NCBI RefSeq assembly: GCF_018977255.1
Contig: NW_024704749.1
Coordinates: 18,290,001-18,354,000 of the forward strand
Source of the DNA: Callorhinchus milii
Lineage: Eukaryota
Length of the DNA: 64,000 nt
Reading direction: 5' to 3'
Shown here: positions 47,852-63,086 of the stretch, piece by piece
Layout of the letters: the number at the start of each line of letters is the position of its first letter
Position numbering within the stretch: position 1 is the first letter of the stretch
Translations under genes and position numbers: made by a program
The notes under the pieces: model-generated
Databases searched by the model: none
What the model saw: only the letters and a program-made list of their open reading frames with translations
Told to the model about the DNA's origin: nothing

Positions 47852-50800
47852 TGGCATCATTATCCAATGGGCAGTGCCTTTATCCCAAGGACCATTGAGA
47901 GCCCTCGAAACATCTCTTTTTGATAGCCAAACCTTCTCCCCAAAACTTTCAGTCTCTCTGAGCACATCTGCCTGCTTCCTGACCCCGTTTCAACACTGCT
48001 TCAACGCCCTTCCCGCCTAACTTACTCTTTGTTCGATTTCCTAATTTTTTAACTTGTGTCCCTTGATCTTTGAGCCCTTCCCTGGTGCGAGCAATTTGTC
48101 TGCATCAGTGTCGTCAGCCTCCCCTAGAACTCTTCAAGTGAGGTCACCTTGAAGTGATGCCATTGCTCTTTCAGAGAAAAGATGTCCAGTTTCCTTAACC
48201 TCCTCATGTTAATGCCAGGTCTTGTTATCCCCAGTCACCTTGGTTGCTTCCTTAATTACGTAATCCTTACCGGAGCTTTGGCACTATCAGTGGGCAATAA
48301 TATCCTTCCTGAGAAGAGGGGACCCATTTTGTGCACTGATNAAAAAAAATTTAGTCACTCAATTAATGACTCTTTGTGGGACAGCGCTGTGCGCAATTGG
48401 TGTTTAATTGTGTATGTTTGGGGTGGTGGTGGTTGGTGGAGAAGAAAGAGAGAGAGCCAAGAGTATCTTCTCTGTCGCGTCTGATTGGCATGTACTATAA
48501 GGACATATGGCTAAAATAACATGGCTCTCATTACAGGATGGAGCCTCAATAATATAAGAACATCCGTAAAATGTAAATTTGGCTGAAACGCAAGCAAATA
48601 GAATCAACTGTAAGGGATACTTAGCTGGCGTCTCAACTCCAGGAATATTGTTACAATAAAAATCTCATTACTATAAATAATCGACGGGTGGGGAGTTCAC
48701 ATTTCCCATATTACTTGGCCACGTTTTGTTCTGGTTAAAGGACTGTATAGGTTGGCCGGCCCCACTGTTATTCTTTCAAATACGTGATACTTTCAAGCCC
48801 TCAGCAAACCGGTTCCTGATCTGAGCGTAAAATTCCAATGCAGAAACCATTTCCCATTTGCTCCGATTGCCTAGCTATCCTGCTCCAACCACAACATTTG
48901 AATATAAAATTCAATTATCCGCTTCCTTTTTAAATGCTCAGCACATTAACTGTGGTCAGGCCGGTGCCAAGCGTCACCCGCCCGGAGACCGAGGCCGTTG
49001 TTTGGAAGTTGGATTGCCTTAAATCTGCGCAGCATCTCTGCACTGTACAGCCGCGCTGAGCTCTGCTGTGGAACGCCGGTGAGGGGAGTAGTGTACACGC
49101 TCCCCATCTCTGCACACCCTTAGGAGAAAGCACAGAACCTCTGATGGTGCGAATACTGGAGGTGCTCCAGAAAGAGTCTGAGTGGGAATAATAAGCCTTG
49201 CGTTCGAGACAGCGCCTTATCACCTCCTTGAGACGTCTCAAAGCGCTTCACAGGATATTCTGTAAAGCAGATTGACTGTGGATTTTGTGAGGAAAACTTG
49301 ACAGCCATGTCCCGCAGGCAGTCATGGAGCGAGTGACCAATTTTATTTGGAGGATTGTTGGCCCAATAATGCCGTGGGATTTTTAACCTCCACCTGAACA
49401 GGCAGTTAGGACCTCGGTTTAACATCTCATCCAAAAGATGTCACCTCCAACAGTTTCATATGTTTAGAAATGCAGGTTTTAAATATACTCTTGGATAAAA
49501 GGTTTATTTCATGAATTCATTATGAGTTTGCATTATCTTATTACGAATAGTATCCTTATTTTTGATATAATAAAAATAATAATCCTTGCAATTGATATAG
49601 CGTCTTTCATGTCAGGAGGACACCCCAAAGCGCTTCACAGGATTTACGGTGAAGTGAAGTGACTATGTTTGTGGGCGTTAACTATAACGTCTTTCATGAG
49701 TGAGGACGTCTCATAGCGCTTCACAGATTTAGTGTAAAGTGTAGTGACTGTAGGCTATTTATTTCCACTCATATACTGAGAATCAAAGCTGTGAAGTGCT
49801 TTGAGGCACTATGACATTGTAAATAAAATGCAAGGATTATTTTTATTTTAACGTGAGAGCTGATATCCTGACATTTACTTTCTGCTCAATGGGCAACTAT
49901 TCAGCTTTAAGACTGCTCGTGGGATAACATTGGCTGTAAATATTTTTGATATAATGAAAACAGTGTAAGGAACAGGAAGGCCAATATTTCCTTTGCAATG
50001 TCAAGTTTATGAAGGGTTATCATATGGTAAATTATGATTGATTATTTCCAGTGGTCACCAAGTCAGTAACTGGGGCACAAATTGAAATAAAGACTACAAA
50101 AAAATTACATTTATATAACGGCTTTACTTAACCCCCTAATGGGGTGGGGAGGGCGGAATCACAAAATATTTACAGTGGCTATTTATTTACCAATTGCTGC
50201 TGATTACAATTTATAATGTTACCTTGTTATGTTTTCTCCTCTCCCCAGTGTGGACACGTACACATACAATGTGCAAACAAAGTAAGCCTGGATAGTGACG
50301 CAGGTCTGTGTTCCTGTTCTGTGCCACAGGCAGGGTGTTAGCCAGAGACAGAAAACCAATGTCTAGCTAACGTACGGTCAAATTGTGCACTGTCGCTGGT
50401 CACAGACTGACAGGAGAGAATGACTGATGTATAGCGTGTTCACAAAGTCCAGTTACCCCCATTTTTTTTTTACACAGTGCACTGACCAACAACTGAAGCG
50501 TGTGGATGGATGATGTATTTAGAATATGGATGATGGATGTATCGTATTTAGAAGTTCTGAATTGTATTCAGTCCAAGTATTTAACTGTATTTAGACGTCC
50601 AGAGGATTGGTGTGTGTGCATGCGAGTGCCGTCATTTTCATGGCAGATAATGATCCGTTGCCACGTTTGGCGTGACATCTTCCGTAACACGGTTGTAGTG
50701 ACTGGGAAGTTACTGGTTTCAGACATTGTTACACTCGACTCATCTGCAACAGAAAATAAAAATTCATTATAAGAAAAAAAAACCACCTTGGTTTAACAAA

Positions 50801-53800
50801 GGACAACACCTCCGACAGTGCAGCACGCTCCCCCACCACTGCGCTGGAATGCCGAGTCAGCCTCGGCTAGATTTTGCTTGGAGGAGAGGAAGCCTCTCCA
50901 ATATAGCAAATAATTGACATTTTATTGTACATTATACCCGTCACTTTGAAATAGCGATCTGTCCTGATCTGGTCCAGATGAAAGGCTCATGTTCGAGGGT
51001 GTACATCACATCTAATCTACAAGTTCCTTACTCATATTTAAAGAACATGCATTTTTTAAAATTGTATTTTTATGTTCTCTAAATACGAGCCAATAATAAT
51101 AATTTGGTAACCCAATCCCCGACTATTTGTGGGACGCTGCTGTGCGCAGTTGGCTGCCACATTTCGCCAACAAAATATACAGTCAATTCACTTTGCAGCA
51201 TATCCTGTGAAGCGCTTTGAGACGTCTTGAAGACATGTTAAGGCGCTATATCAAATGCAAGGATTATTATTATTATAGATTTCTTTTTAATTATATGGTT
51301 TGTGAGTTGGAAATGAAATATCTCAAAAGTGCTTTGCAGTCAGTAATATCAAGTGTGAGCAAACGTGTCAGCTGTGTTTGCACACAGCAAGGTTCCAACA
51401 AAAAGCCACGTGAATGGCCAACATATCAGTCAGGAAACCACTCTCTGTTCTCGTCCCAAGTGTCATAAGGTTCACTTGCGATGACTGGATTCAGACCGGT
51501 TCGTATTCTTTTGCTCGGTGGCCTCTACAGTCATACAGCACTCTTTGCAGTGCTCATGACATCTGTTAATAATTACCTGTTCCTTTAATAGCTCTGCTGC
51601 TACGGAGAGAAACTGAGCTCAGGGAAGGTGGACAGAACTCTGATTGCTTTTTAAGTTCCAGTTTTCCTTCAACATACTTCCTGTGGGAATGATATTCCTC
51701 TCGAATAGAGCTCCCAAGTCTCTCCCAATTGCCAGTGTGAGCTGTGTAACAGCCGTGCTGTGTAACGAGATTCTACTTAAAAAAATAATAATAAATCAGT
51801 CACTTCAATCTGTGACTGTTTGTGGGACATTGCTGTGCGCAATTGGCTGCTGCGTTTCGCCCACAAAATATGCAGTCAATTATTCTGTGAAGCGCTTTTA
51901 GACGTCTCGAAGGCATGATAAGGCGCTGTATCAAATACAGGGATTATTATTATAAATAATAATATTATTGAGCTTGAGCTTGAACAGTGTACGAAGGGAC
52001 AAGCAGAGGTGACGTTTGGTCACAAGATTGGACTGGATGAAGAATACCCTTCGGCCCACCGTAACCGTATAGCAATCTGTGCTCATCCCACACTGCATAT
52101 TGGAGCATTCATGCAATGCGCCCCCTATCATTGTGCCTCTGCACCATAGCTTCACCCAGCAATGTTTTCTTGTGGAAGTCATTTTGTAATTTTTCACATG
52201 ATGGCTTCAACCGAAGGCCCTTCAGACCATATCTTCCACAATATCAGCCTTGTAATCTTTCCATTGCAGCGTTCTGGCCTCGACCGCACTTGCTGGTAAT
52301 CCCTTCCCACCTTGTGAACAGTCCCCTTTGACAAAATGTCACAGCCTAGAGTCATCTCTGGCCAGTGCTCAGTTTACTGATCTCGACCCTGGTGGCAGCA
52401 GGAGCGCTAAGTGCTGCTGAGTTCTCCTACAAATGACACAGTCACTACACTTGACAGTAAATTCTGTGAAGTGCTTTGAGGCGTCCTCCTGACGTTAAAG
52501 GCCCTGTTTCATTCATTGTCGAGACTCGTTTATAATCGGGGATCTCATCCCAGTACCTGTTCTCAGAATGGAATGAATTGCCAGGGGTGGCTGTTGGAAC
52601 TGAATCGATTGGGGGCATTTTAAAAGGCACAGGCAGAAGAAAGGGTATTTACAGGGTGAAGAAAGATCAGTGAATTGGGGTTAGGATTAGCTGCCTTCAT
52701 TGGATACCGACACTTAATACTGTATAATGACTTGAATGGCCTCCTGCTGTGTTTGTGGATTTTCCTGAGATAATGACTGAGGAAGAGAATAAGAGAGGAG
52801 TAACAGAGAATTTTTTTTATGTATAAAAAGAGTTTGAAAAGGCTTTTCAGTGCTCAGAAAGGGTTAACTGCTGTCTGATTTTTTTTTGAATGAGTTGCTT
52901 ATTTTGGCGGGGTGGCGTGGTGGGGTTGTGTAAGTGGCTGCAGCAGCGTCTGGGATGCTGCTGCCAAGACTCTGTTCGTGGGCAGCCTGTCAGCTGTCAG
53001 ACGCTTGCCTCTTCCTTTCCTCTATCTCCAGCCTGGGAATCACTCCAGGATCCTCCATGGGAAACCGCAGCGGTTCCAGAAGCGTGCAATTGTACGTTTC
53101 CCTGCTTCCCGCTACCCCGGCCCAGCCAAAACCTGGAGACAACATGCACTTTGAGCTTTACCTCATTGTCTGATTTAGGCCTGCTTCACATCCCAGGTCC
53201 CCTCCGACCCACCACCGGTGAGCAAGCTTTTAGACATCTTTCTTTCTCTCTCTCTCTGTCTCTTTCCTCTCTCTGTCTCTTTCCACATCCCTCTGCCTCA
53301 CACCTTTCCTCTGTGCTTTCATCAGTGGCCTGCTTCCTCTGCGTCCACAGTGAAGGGTATTGAGATGGACTCCTTAAGTTTAGCGCCAGCAAAGTTGAGA
53401 TCATAGGAAAACAGGAACATGAGGAGGCCATTGAGCTGTTCGGTCTGCCAGTTTATTAGACTTTGCCAGATCTTTTAATCCTAATGTCCTGCCCTTTCAC
53501 CAGAGCCCTGCACAACCCCCATAAGTTCAAAGGTCTAGCCTCAATGACGAGAAGCCTGTCAGTTTGGTCTATATCCATCCCAGCTGCTGGAGCCTTCTCT
53601 CATCTGCTTTAAACAAAACTTCCAGTTTGTGCACTGTATGCGTTGGGTCATACAAACATCACAAACCTTGGTTTGGAAAATTTGGAAGTATTTTTCAACA
53701 GTTCTTAAAAAGGGTCTGATTTATGACTTGGGGAGCCCTCATTTCCTATGATCTGGCCTCCTAAGGATTAGGAGAGGCACTACTCGAAGTCCTGCGATCA

Positions 53801-56800
53801 CATTTCCCAGTCACCGAGACAGCTACAGAATGGCTCCAGCAGGAGGCTCCAAAGACTGATCCAAACACAGCCCTCAAGTTTCCAGCGCGTTCGTAGACAC
53901 GGGGGGGAGGCATGTGATCGTAGAGCCAAGAACCACCTCTGTGTAAGCGCACAGAGAGGAACGGACGCAAAGAAAACATCCTCTGACTTAGCAACCTAAT
54001 ACACAACCCAGCTGGACAATTTCCTCACTGTTGGCTTCTCAGCCAAGCCAGCCAGCCGCTGCCAAGAGGCACGAGACCAGAGATCATGCCGGGGGAATGC
54101 AGAGACTCCGACCTGTTGGGTCAAATGGCCGCCAATGGAATTTCTCTCATTGCAGTTTTATTTAAAATTTATTGTTAAACGAAATGTTTAAAACATGTAG
54201 GCTAATTTTGAACAAGTCCTCCAACCCAAGTCCCCCTCCCCCAGCATCCTGTGCTAAGATCCCATGTAAGAGGACATAGATTTAGAGTTTTAAAAGGAAA
54301 TTTCAGGACAGACACCAGCCAGAAAGCTTTACGTTACTCAGACACGTACTCATTTAAAAAGCAACTCGATGTTGTGCTGGGGGGATAGTAGGGTGAGTGT
54401 TCTTGAGGGATAGGATCGGATGGGCCGAAGGGTATTCTTCATCCAGTCCAATCTTGTGACCAAACGTCACCTCTGCTTGTCCTTTCGTACACTGTATACT
54501 GCACTGGGTTAAAGCCAGGGATACTGGGTTGCAGCGGGTTCTTGGTTGGCTCCAGGTCATTTGGTGAAACTGTCGGAAGTTCTGGGTCCCAAGCTCTAGG
54601 TTTGCCAGTGTTCAGGGCGATGCAAGTTGTCTTTTTAGATTGATTTTGGAAGTGGAGAAGGGGTGGGGTGTTAGGAGGACGGATATAGGGAGAGTGTTCC
54701 AGAGAACGGGACAAGGAGTCTGAAGAATCGCCCCAATTATGTTAATTATTTACGCACAGCACACCAACAAAATGTCACTCGGGCAAAGGTTGGTTTTGTC
54801 GGTGGGGGAGGGAGGGAGAGGAAAACGCCAACGTTCTGGACATTAGTATGATCTAAAATGTAATGGATACGTAACGCTCAACTTAAAACCTTGTGGTAAT
54901 TTATACACACGTGTCAGGTTACTCTGTTATTTTCAAAATGTCTGGAACAGATGGTAAAATGTTGCATTGCTACATTATGCATAGTCTCTAATTTGGTTTT
55001 ATAGTTGCAATGCTCGTGAATGATACCCAAACTAGTTTCGGGAAACCCCCACCCCCCCCCCCCCCACCCACCCCAGCGTAATTCATCCCCGAATGTCCAT
55101 TTATCTGCATTTTTCCTCGACTGCTTTGACTTTAGTTTCATTTCAAAAAACCTTTCATCCATAGTTCTTTTGAGCGTTCTACAAAAGCTCCAGGAATGAA
55201 TGAATGAATGAATTTCACAAACCTTTCTGCCCTCCCCCCGTTCCCCCCCCCCCCCCTCCCATTCTTCATATTTCTGAATATGAAAGTCAAGTTGCAGCGT
55301 TGAACTTTTCATGACAAATGAAACATTAGCTGAATGCAGAAGGGCTTCTGAAAGCCTCAAAGTCTCTGGAGTAACGCAATATGCCGTCTTGATTCTGTTA
55401 CGAGACCCGCACTTTGCAGATGAGGTGATTTAGCATATGTGCTCAGGTCCATCTGTGGCAGAGTCTGACACTGAGGAAATTTGCTGGCCATGTGCAGAAA
55501 GCCCCCTGTGAGCCTCAAATCTTTAATAGCGGCCAAAGAAAAATGAAATCACCTGTTAATTTTCCCACTGAGAATTCAACTGAGGCGAGATTAATAGTTT
55601 CCAGTAATCTGAGCGGCCTAGACTGTGACCCTGTCCCCCTTCTCGTTTCCCTTCTAATGTGAGGAGCTGTTGGTGCTCAATTCCAGGATTGTATGTATGT
55701 AGCATAAAAAACTTTTGTTTGGGGGATATTTCCTTAACTCTTTAAAGCGCGGAGGTGCTGTCCTTCAGTTGAGACTTTAAACTGAGGACCCATCTGCCTG
55801 TTCGGGCGGATGTTGAAGGTGCTATTGGAAAAGAGAAGGGAGTTAACTATCAAACTGGATGCAGATTCAATAGTAGCTTTCAATAGGGAATTGGATACGT
55901 ACTTGAAAAGGAAAAAAATTGTAAGGCTATTGGGTAAGAGCGGGGGAGTGGGACTAGTTGGATAACTCTTTCAAAGAGCCGGCACTGGTACAATGAGCCA
56001 AATGGCTTCCTTCTGTGCTGTAAGATTCTATGGTTCTCCTAGCGTCCTGGCAGACAATTCCTGAGATAAATTGGTCCATCACATCATGGCCTGATTGTGA
56101 GATATCGCTGTGCTCGAATTAGCTGCTGCTTTTCCCTACAGATAGAGTCGACTTGACAGGAGTTCCCTGTGAAGAGTGTCGAGATGCTTTGACGTTAGAG
56201 ACACTGTTTCAAAATGCAAAGATTATTATTATTACTAAGGGATCGAGACATTGATATCAGATCTGCTCTCCCACACTGCAGACTGCTGTTGTCCTTCAGA
56301 TGCAGAGAATCTGAATGGAAGGGTGATTTTGGCACTTAGTCGAATCTTGTGGTTGTGGGAAAGATGTGAAAGTTCCCATGGTTCACGCCAAAAGGCGATT
56401 GTGATCGTTATGGCATCCTGCTGCACAGAGGATGAAATAATGGAAAAGCTTCACTTTCTGGTGTCAAAATGAAGGGAACTATCGCACTGCTTATAGTATC
56501 TCAAAGTTCTGTCATAGCAACCGAGTTTGATGGATGGCAGTTCAAGTTCTTGCCAAAGGTGGTATCTGAGTTTCTTTTGGCTCAGGAGATGATCATTCCA
56601 TTGTCGCTGCCTGCTTCTCACACTCCTGAAACGAAATGTAGATTCCATTGTGTTGAGATATTTTCAGACAGACAACAGGAAATTGTGGGCAACTGCTTCT
56701 GTGATGATGTAACATTGGGTCAGCCAGCCATTTAACTGAACTGCTAGTGGCCAGTACCAGTATTATAATAACAATAGTAATAATAATAGTAATACTTGCA

Positions 56801-59800
56801 ATTGAGATAGCGCCTTATCCCGTCTTCGAGATGTCGCCAAGCGCTTCACGGAATATACTGCAAAGTGTATATTTTGTTGGCGAAATGTGGCAGGTAATTG
56901 TGTACAGCAGAATCACTATTCATTCTCAGAGGTTACTGAGAGAAAATCCCTTGTGTGTGGAGATAGGCAACTTCTCTAGTTGCCCGCAGCAATGTCCCAC
57001 AGTCAGTCAAAATGACGTGTATATTTATATATCATACAGTGAGGGGGAAAACCATCCCCCACCAGAGATCATCTTTGAGATTTCAGGCACTAAGAGGAAA
57101 ATAAGGACCACGTTTTTTTTGATTAATTTGGAATCGTTGAGCAATTCTGTTTATTCTGCAAGAAAGATTCCTGATTCCTGAGGAAAGAGGAGAAAGGAGG
57201 GAGCAATAAACAAATAATATCTGAAATAGAAACAGAATTCGCTGGGAACACACAGCATTTCAGGCAACATTTTCCTCTCTCCATAGATGCTGCCTGACCT
57301 GCTGCGTGTTCCCAGCGACTTCTGTTTCTATTTAAGTGTAACTTGTGTTTGTGTCCAGTTTATTCAGACAGCAGCAGACGGTATAGAGGGTGCACTTGGT
57401 GTTGGGGGTCAGTGACTATGCAGCGGGATCTATTCTGATATTATTTCTCCTCCAATATTAGGTTGCAGTTGCTGTACTGCTGTTTCCTATAATGTTTCCC
57501 GGTGAAGCTTGCAATTGGCTTGCAGGATCATCTCCTGTCTTTATCATGAACACCTGGATATTATTTCAAAGGAGTTCCAGCGAAGTGCTGTGCAACGGAG
57601 ATTTGGCAAGGCGTTTGAAATGCGGCAGATCAGAAGGAACCCAGTTGAAGCGAGACAGGGACTTACACTACAGCAGATGTCCAAGAGGACAGTGGATTGA
57701 ATTGGGGAACAGTGCAACTTCACAGCCAGAACAGCAGTTGCCCATAGTGGTTTGTCCAGATGTTTCTATGTTTAGGAACAAGAGCCTCAGAGGCTCAATA
57801 AAGTGTGAAAATTCTTCCTGCTCCTATTACTCCTGTTTGGGGAAGACTCACCCACATGATTGCTGAGCACCACTGGATGGCAATGGTGAGGGTCGGGATC
57901 CTGTTTACCGAATCAGGGAAGATTTGACCGTAATTGCTTAAGTGGCTCCTCTAATGGCCCAAGGCAGCACTGCTCCAGCACACAGACGGATTTGATTTGT
58001 GGTCTATGCTCAGTGAGCTGATGTCAGCTGAGCTGCCCTCAGACTGGGAGATCAGCAGTGTTCAACCCGATCACTGGTCTTTGCTGGAAGCCTATATTGG
58101 GACATCAGCTAAGGGCAAGATCATCCATTTCATACCCCTGGGTAGGAATAAGCCGACTGGCTACACAACCTGTGAAGGTTCACACTCTAGAGTTCAGCAA
58201 AAGATTACGTCTTGTGAAACTTTCACAAAACAAAGGGTGTCCGTTGACCCCCTGGTAGAAGATGTGATGGACATAAATGAGACCGACTAAATGACTTGCA
58301 TGACCAAAGATTTTCTCCAGTTGCAAACTGAGTCATACAGCCAGCCCAGAGTTTGTGCTGAGCTGACTAGTCTCAGTTGAGTGGAGCTCCTGGACTAGTT
58401 AGTGAGGGGAATATTTAGCCAGGGTCATGTTCCTGATTGCTGTCTGTGAGTGAGAAACGGTGCCTATAGGAGAGAAAATAAAGTACAGGAAAGGCTTTCT
58501 GCAGGTGAGGCACAAAGTTTAATAAAAAAAATGTATCTGCAAGCTTAAGAAGTCTTTGAAGACTTCCAGGATTAATCAGAGTGAAAAGGTTTTTTTACTG
58601 TGAGGTTGCTGTAATGTACTAAAAGGCACGAATCCCTCATTGCTAACAAAATGTGCTGCTGAATATCTGTGTATTCCCTGAGTGCTGTATTTCTTTTCAT
58701 CTGTGCTGTATGTGAAAGCCTGTCCAAGCTTTTTCTTGGCACCACTAGTGAATTCCACTATAAGGATGCTTTTGATAAGGATGCTTTTGTTCCAGGGCCC
58801 TCCCCTCTCACTTGACTCTGGAAAGCTTTCATTCTCAGACTTGGTTCTGGGCCTCTTCTTTAGGTTCCCAATTCAAGCTAATTTTCGTTTCATCAATAAG
58901 AAACCGATAAATCTATTGTACCCTCGACTCTTTGTGTTATGCTTTTGCTTTGCTGACCAACAAATCCCATGTTTGCTTTGGTTTGGTGTTTTATAAAGAA
59001 AAAGACACAAATTGATGCCAGTTCTTTTTTTTCCACAATTGTCATTGACTGAAGCATTTACTTTGTGTACAAAATAAAATGGGACAACAATGATGTAGTG
59101 ATTTATTACTGGCTTGGATGCTGATCAGACATCTTGTGTGTATTGACAGTGAAATGTGAGGATGTTGAAGTTCATTTGCAATGGGATTGTTTTTTCAACT
59201 CCTCCTTCATTGAGGAGCGGACGGAGCCTTAGATAAAGTCACAAGTTTGAATCCTGCACCGCATTGTTCCAGCTGATCTCAGCAGGACTAGCAACTGAGT
59301 ACAGCATTTGCTATTTTTTGGGCCAGTCGGGTGTCTGGTCTATGTGGAAACCCATTGCCATACTTAAACGTATCCGAACCAAACCATGTATGCCACCTAT
59401 GTGTGGAAATTTTCATGTTTGGAATGCCTTCTTCTTCCCCGAGATGCGTCCTGATTACTTAATGGGAGTATTAGATGCAAGAACCAAGGCTTGGGGACCC
59501 CAGGGTGTGTGTCGCAATAACTGCTGGAGTTTAACCAGCTAAAACCACACTGCTTGCCATTGAGAGCACTGGCTGGCAAGCTTCCCACTGCTAGACCACC
59601 CTTAGGGCTTTGGCTTACAGAGTTAACAGGAGTTGAGAATCCTTGCCCCTACGTGTGTCCTCCAACTCCTGCTAGTGAACCAGTGACTAATGCTGGACGG
59701 TGTGTGTGTATGTGGGATGGAGTCTGACCTGGGATTCCTCAGAATAAATGGTTTATCTTCTTGACAGAGGAGACTGCACTGCGTTCGCACGCACATTTAT

Positions 59801-62800
59801 TTAGCGGTGAAACAATTTGTGCAGTGATATAAGTGCTTCCTCTCCAAGACACATTGGAATGCTTCTTTGGCTTCCCAGCTTTGCTTCTTCCTTTCTCACC
59901 ACTCCCCGTATGAGTCTTTTCATTCTGGCTTCCGCCTTGCACTTGCCACAGCTCTGAAACAGTCCTGACAATGTCACTAACAACATCCTCTCTGTCTGCG
60001 ACCAGGGCTGCTTGTGCCTCCTTGTCTTCCACAATTTCTCCGCCTCTTTGGACAACTTAGGCAAATTCAGCCTTCTCCACAGTCTCTCCTCCCTGGTGCA
60101 TCTCCCTGGTTTTCTTATGTAGACTCAGTTGGTAGCATTCTCACCTTCAAGTCAGAAGGTTGTGGGTTCAAGCCCCACAGCAGGACTTTGAGCTCACATT
60201 CTAGGCTGACATTCCAACACGGTGCTGGGGGTGTTTTGCAATATTGGAAGTGCTGTCCTGAGGATGAGTTGTTAAACTGAGGCCCTGTTTGCCTGTTCAG
60301 GTGGACGTTTAAGATCCCACAGCGCTATTCAAAAAGAGAATAGTTATGCCTCTTAAGGCTAATTCTATTACAAGATATTGGGGGATATTGCAATTGCGCT
60401 TCATCAGGTCATTGAGATGTCTCAAAGCGCTTCACAGAATATACTGTAAAGTGAATTGACTATATGTTTTTGGTGAAACGTGGCAGCCAATTGTGCCCTG
60501 CCCGGGAATTGAACCCGGGTCCTCTCGCTTGTGAGGCGAATGCTCTAACCAATATGTTACAGGTCTCTAAAGTTCCCATCTGCCTTTCAAATGGTGCTTG
60601 ATTCCCTCTCCAAAAGTGTAGGACATGAATATAAAACAGTGGCTAGTAGCCAATCTAATTGGGAGTTTAGGAAGACCTTCTTCACACATAATGAGTGACG
60701 AGAATGTGGAACTTGTTGCCAGAAGTTGTGGTTAAAGCAAATAGTACCAATGTGATTAAGAGGAAGGTTGATACATACACGAGGGAGAAGGGAAACTTGG
60801 GGAATAGGAGAAGGGGAATAGGAGGGGTGAAGGTCTTGTGCGATGTGTAAACACGGGCACAGACTAGTTGAGCCAAATTTTCTGTGCAGGGTGCTATTAA
60901 CGTGCAGTGCATCTCTTTATGTACAGTCATGACCATAAAATCTATCTCCATTAAATCTCCCAGTTGAAAATGTTTCTGTTTGCAGTTTCCCATGAATTTC
61001 ACCTTTGGCAGCTGCTGGCACCCTGACTCAAGTCAGCATTGTGCAGATTGCTCGCTTAACGCTGGAATCAAAACCTTCCCACAAACAACACTTTTGGGAC
61101 AAGCTGGACGATCTCTCCCACGCGGGCGACATGCGACTGTGGTTGGGCTTGCTGCCGAGAGTGCCTGGAACATGTTCAGGGCAATAACTTTCTCTGTAGT
61201 AAGCTACACGGCAAAAGGACCTGAATCTGTTGGTGTGAAGCAGCGTGGGGATGACCCTTTTATAAGGTTCCTCGCTAGATAGACAGAATGCGAGTTTGCT
61301 TATAAAGATAATAATCCTTGCAATAAAAATCCTTTTTTTAATTTCTCCCACAAAACACTTAGTCAATTCCCTTTACAGTATATTCTGTGAAGCGCTTTGA
61401 GATGTCTCGAAGACGTGATAAGGCGCTATATTAAATGCAAGGATTATTATCATTTTTTTATAGCTCCTGTCACATCAGGAGGGTGTCTCAAATCGCTTCA
61501 CAGGAATTACTGTAAAGTGCAGTGAATGTGCAGTTTGGAGGCAAGTGCAACAGTCAGTTTGTTTACAGTTTGTAGCATCCTACAGATGACCATAAAGTGA
61601 ATGGACAATTGTATTTGGGGGATTGTTGCTCAGGAGAAACTCCATTATAACAGAGCTTTTTGTAGATCTGAGATTATATGAAATATGGTGCACTGCTGAA
61701 AGTGACATTAGTTGTTGGCTGGTCAGTCTCCCTCCCTCCCTCCCTCCCTCTTCTTCTATAGATCTCTTATAACATCTAACTTTATTGACAATAAACAGTC
61801 CCATCACAATGGGGTCGCCCTGTGGCTATTTATACCCTAGAAAATATCTGGGTAATGCTTTATTTAAAAAGCATTGGGTTGGAGGTCAGCCAGTTAGTTT
61901 TGATACCTTGATGAGGTGTCAGCTTGCATCAGTTGGTAGCACTTTCACCACTGGGTCAGAAGGTTGTGGGTTCAAGCCCCACGTTGGGACTTTGAGTTCA
62001 CAGTCTAGGTTGATGCTCCAGTGCACTACTGAGAGATGATTGGATGTGCTGTCCTTCAGATGAGGTCCAGACTGCCTGCCCACCCAGATGGACGTTAAAG
62101 ATTGCATGACTCAATACAAAAAGGAAAGGGAGTTTTCTCTTGACGTTCTGGCCAACAATCAGCCAGAACGCTTTGTTAAGCCATTCAGTTCATGGCTGTT
62201 CGTGGGACGTTCAGTCTGCAAATTGCACAGTCACGAAACTTCATAGCAATTCCCTGTGAAGCGCTTTGACTTTTGAACGCTATAAAAGCTGTATCAAATG
62301 GAGGGATTAATATAATCAAAGGAGGTATGGTTTGTTACTGCTTTCTTCCCTCTGGTCCCTCGGGGTTAACAACCGCTAATAGAAGCAGCTGGTACAGCAG
62401 CGTGACCTGAAGAGAAGCCCCTACAGGCCGAGCCAGGCCTGTTCTAGGAAGTGTTTGGAACAGTGACTTTGACTGCATTCTTCTGTGACCAGCTCAGAGT
62501 TTGGCAAGGTGGAATGCAAGGGTTGGCCTCTGTAGCTAATTGCGTATGTTCGTTTTTATATCGTTTTTATATCGTAGACAACAACAGAGTTTATCCAACT
62601 CTGCAAAATGATTGGAGATGTTTGGAACTGACCGTGCCATCAGAATGAGAATACTAAAAATAATGCTTGCGTTTGATGTAGGGCCTTGTCACGTCGTTGA
62701 GATGTCTCCGCAACAAATTACATTGCCTTTCACGTCGGGAGGACGTCCCAAAGTGCTGGGCAGTCAAGGATTTGCACCCGAGCTGAGAGTATGAGAGTAG

Positions 62801-63086
62801 TGAGAGTATCCAAACCAAACTCAGAATTCCATGCATCCCACCTACACATGGAAATTCCAGAGATAGATTGTTCGAAAGGTATGCGCACTCTCTCCCTGGA
62901 GGGATGCATCCTGCTTATCTAATTGCAGAAACTATTAAGATACAGGTTGGCAAGAGCCAAGATTTGGGGGCTCCAAAGTGTGCATTTGGGGTAACTGCCG
63001 GAGTCTAACCGTGCAACAAAACAAAGTGACGGACGGCCGATTTTACAGTGAGAGTTTAATAACCATTTTCTGCTGTTTTATTGTAG

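Noticed and set aside
50505-50565. Possible C/D box snoRNA (GATGATG...CTGA)
   Set aside because: Box C is imperfect, there is no terminal stem, and the pattern is explained by a short tandem duplication.
59739-60064. Minus-strand ORFs (MEDKEAQAALV...)
   Set aside because: No recognisable domain, non-ATG starts, and no convincing splice context.
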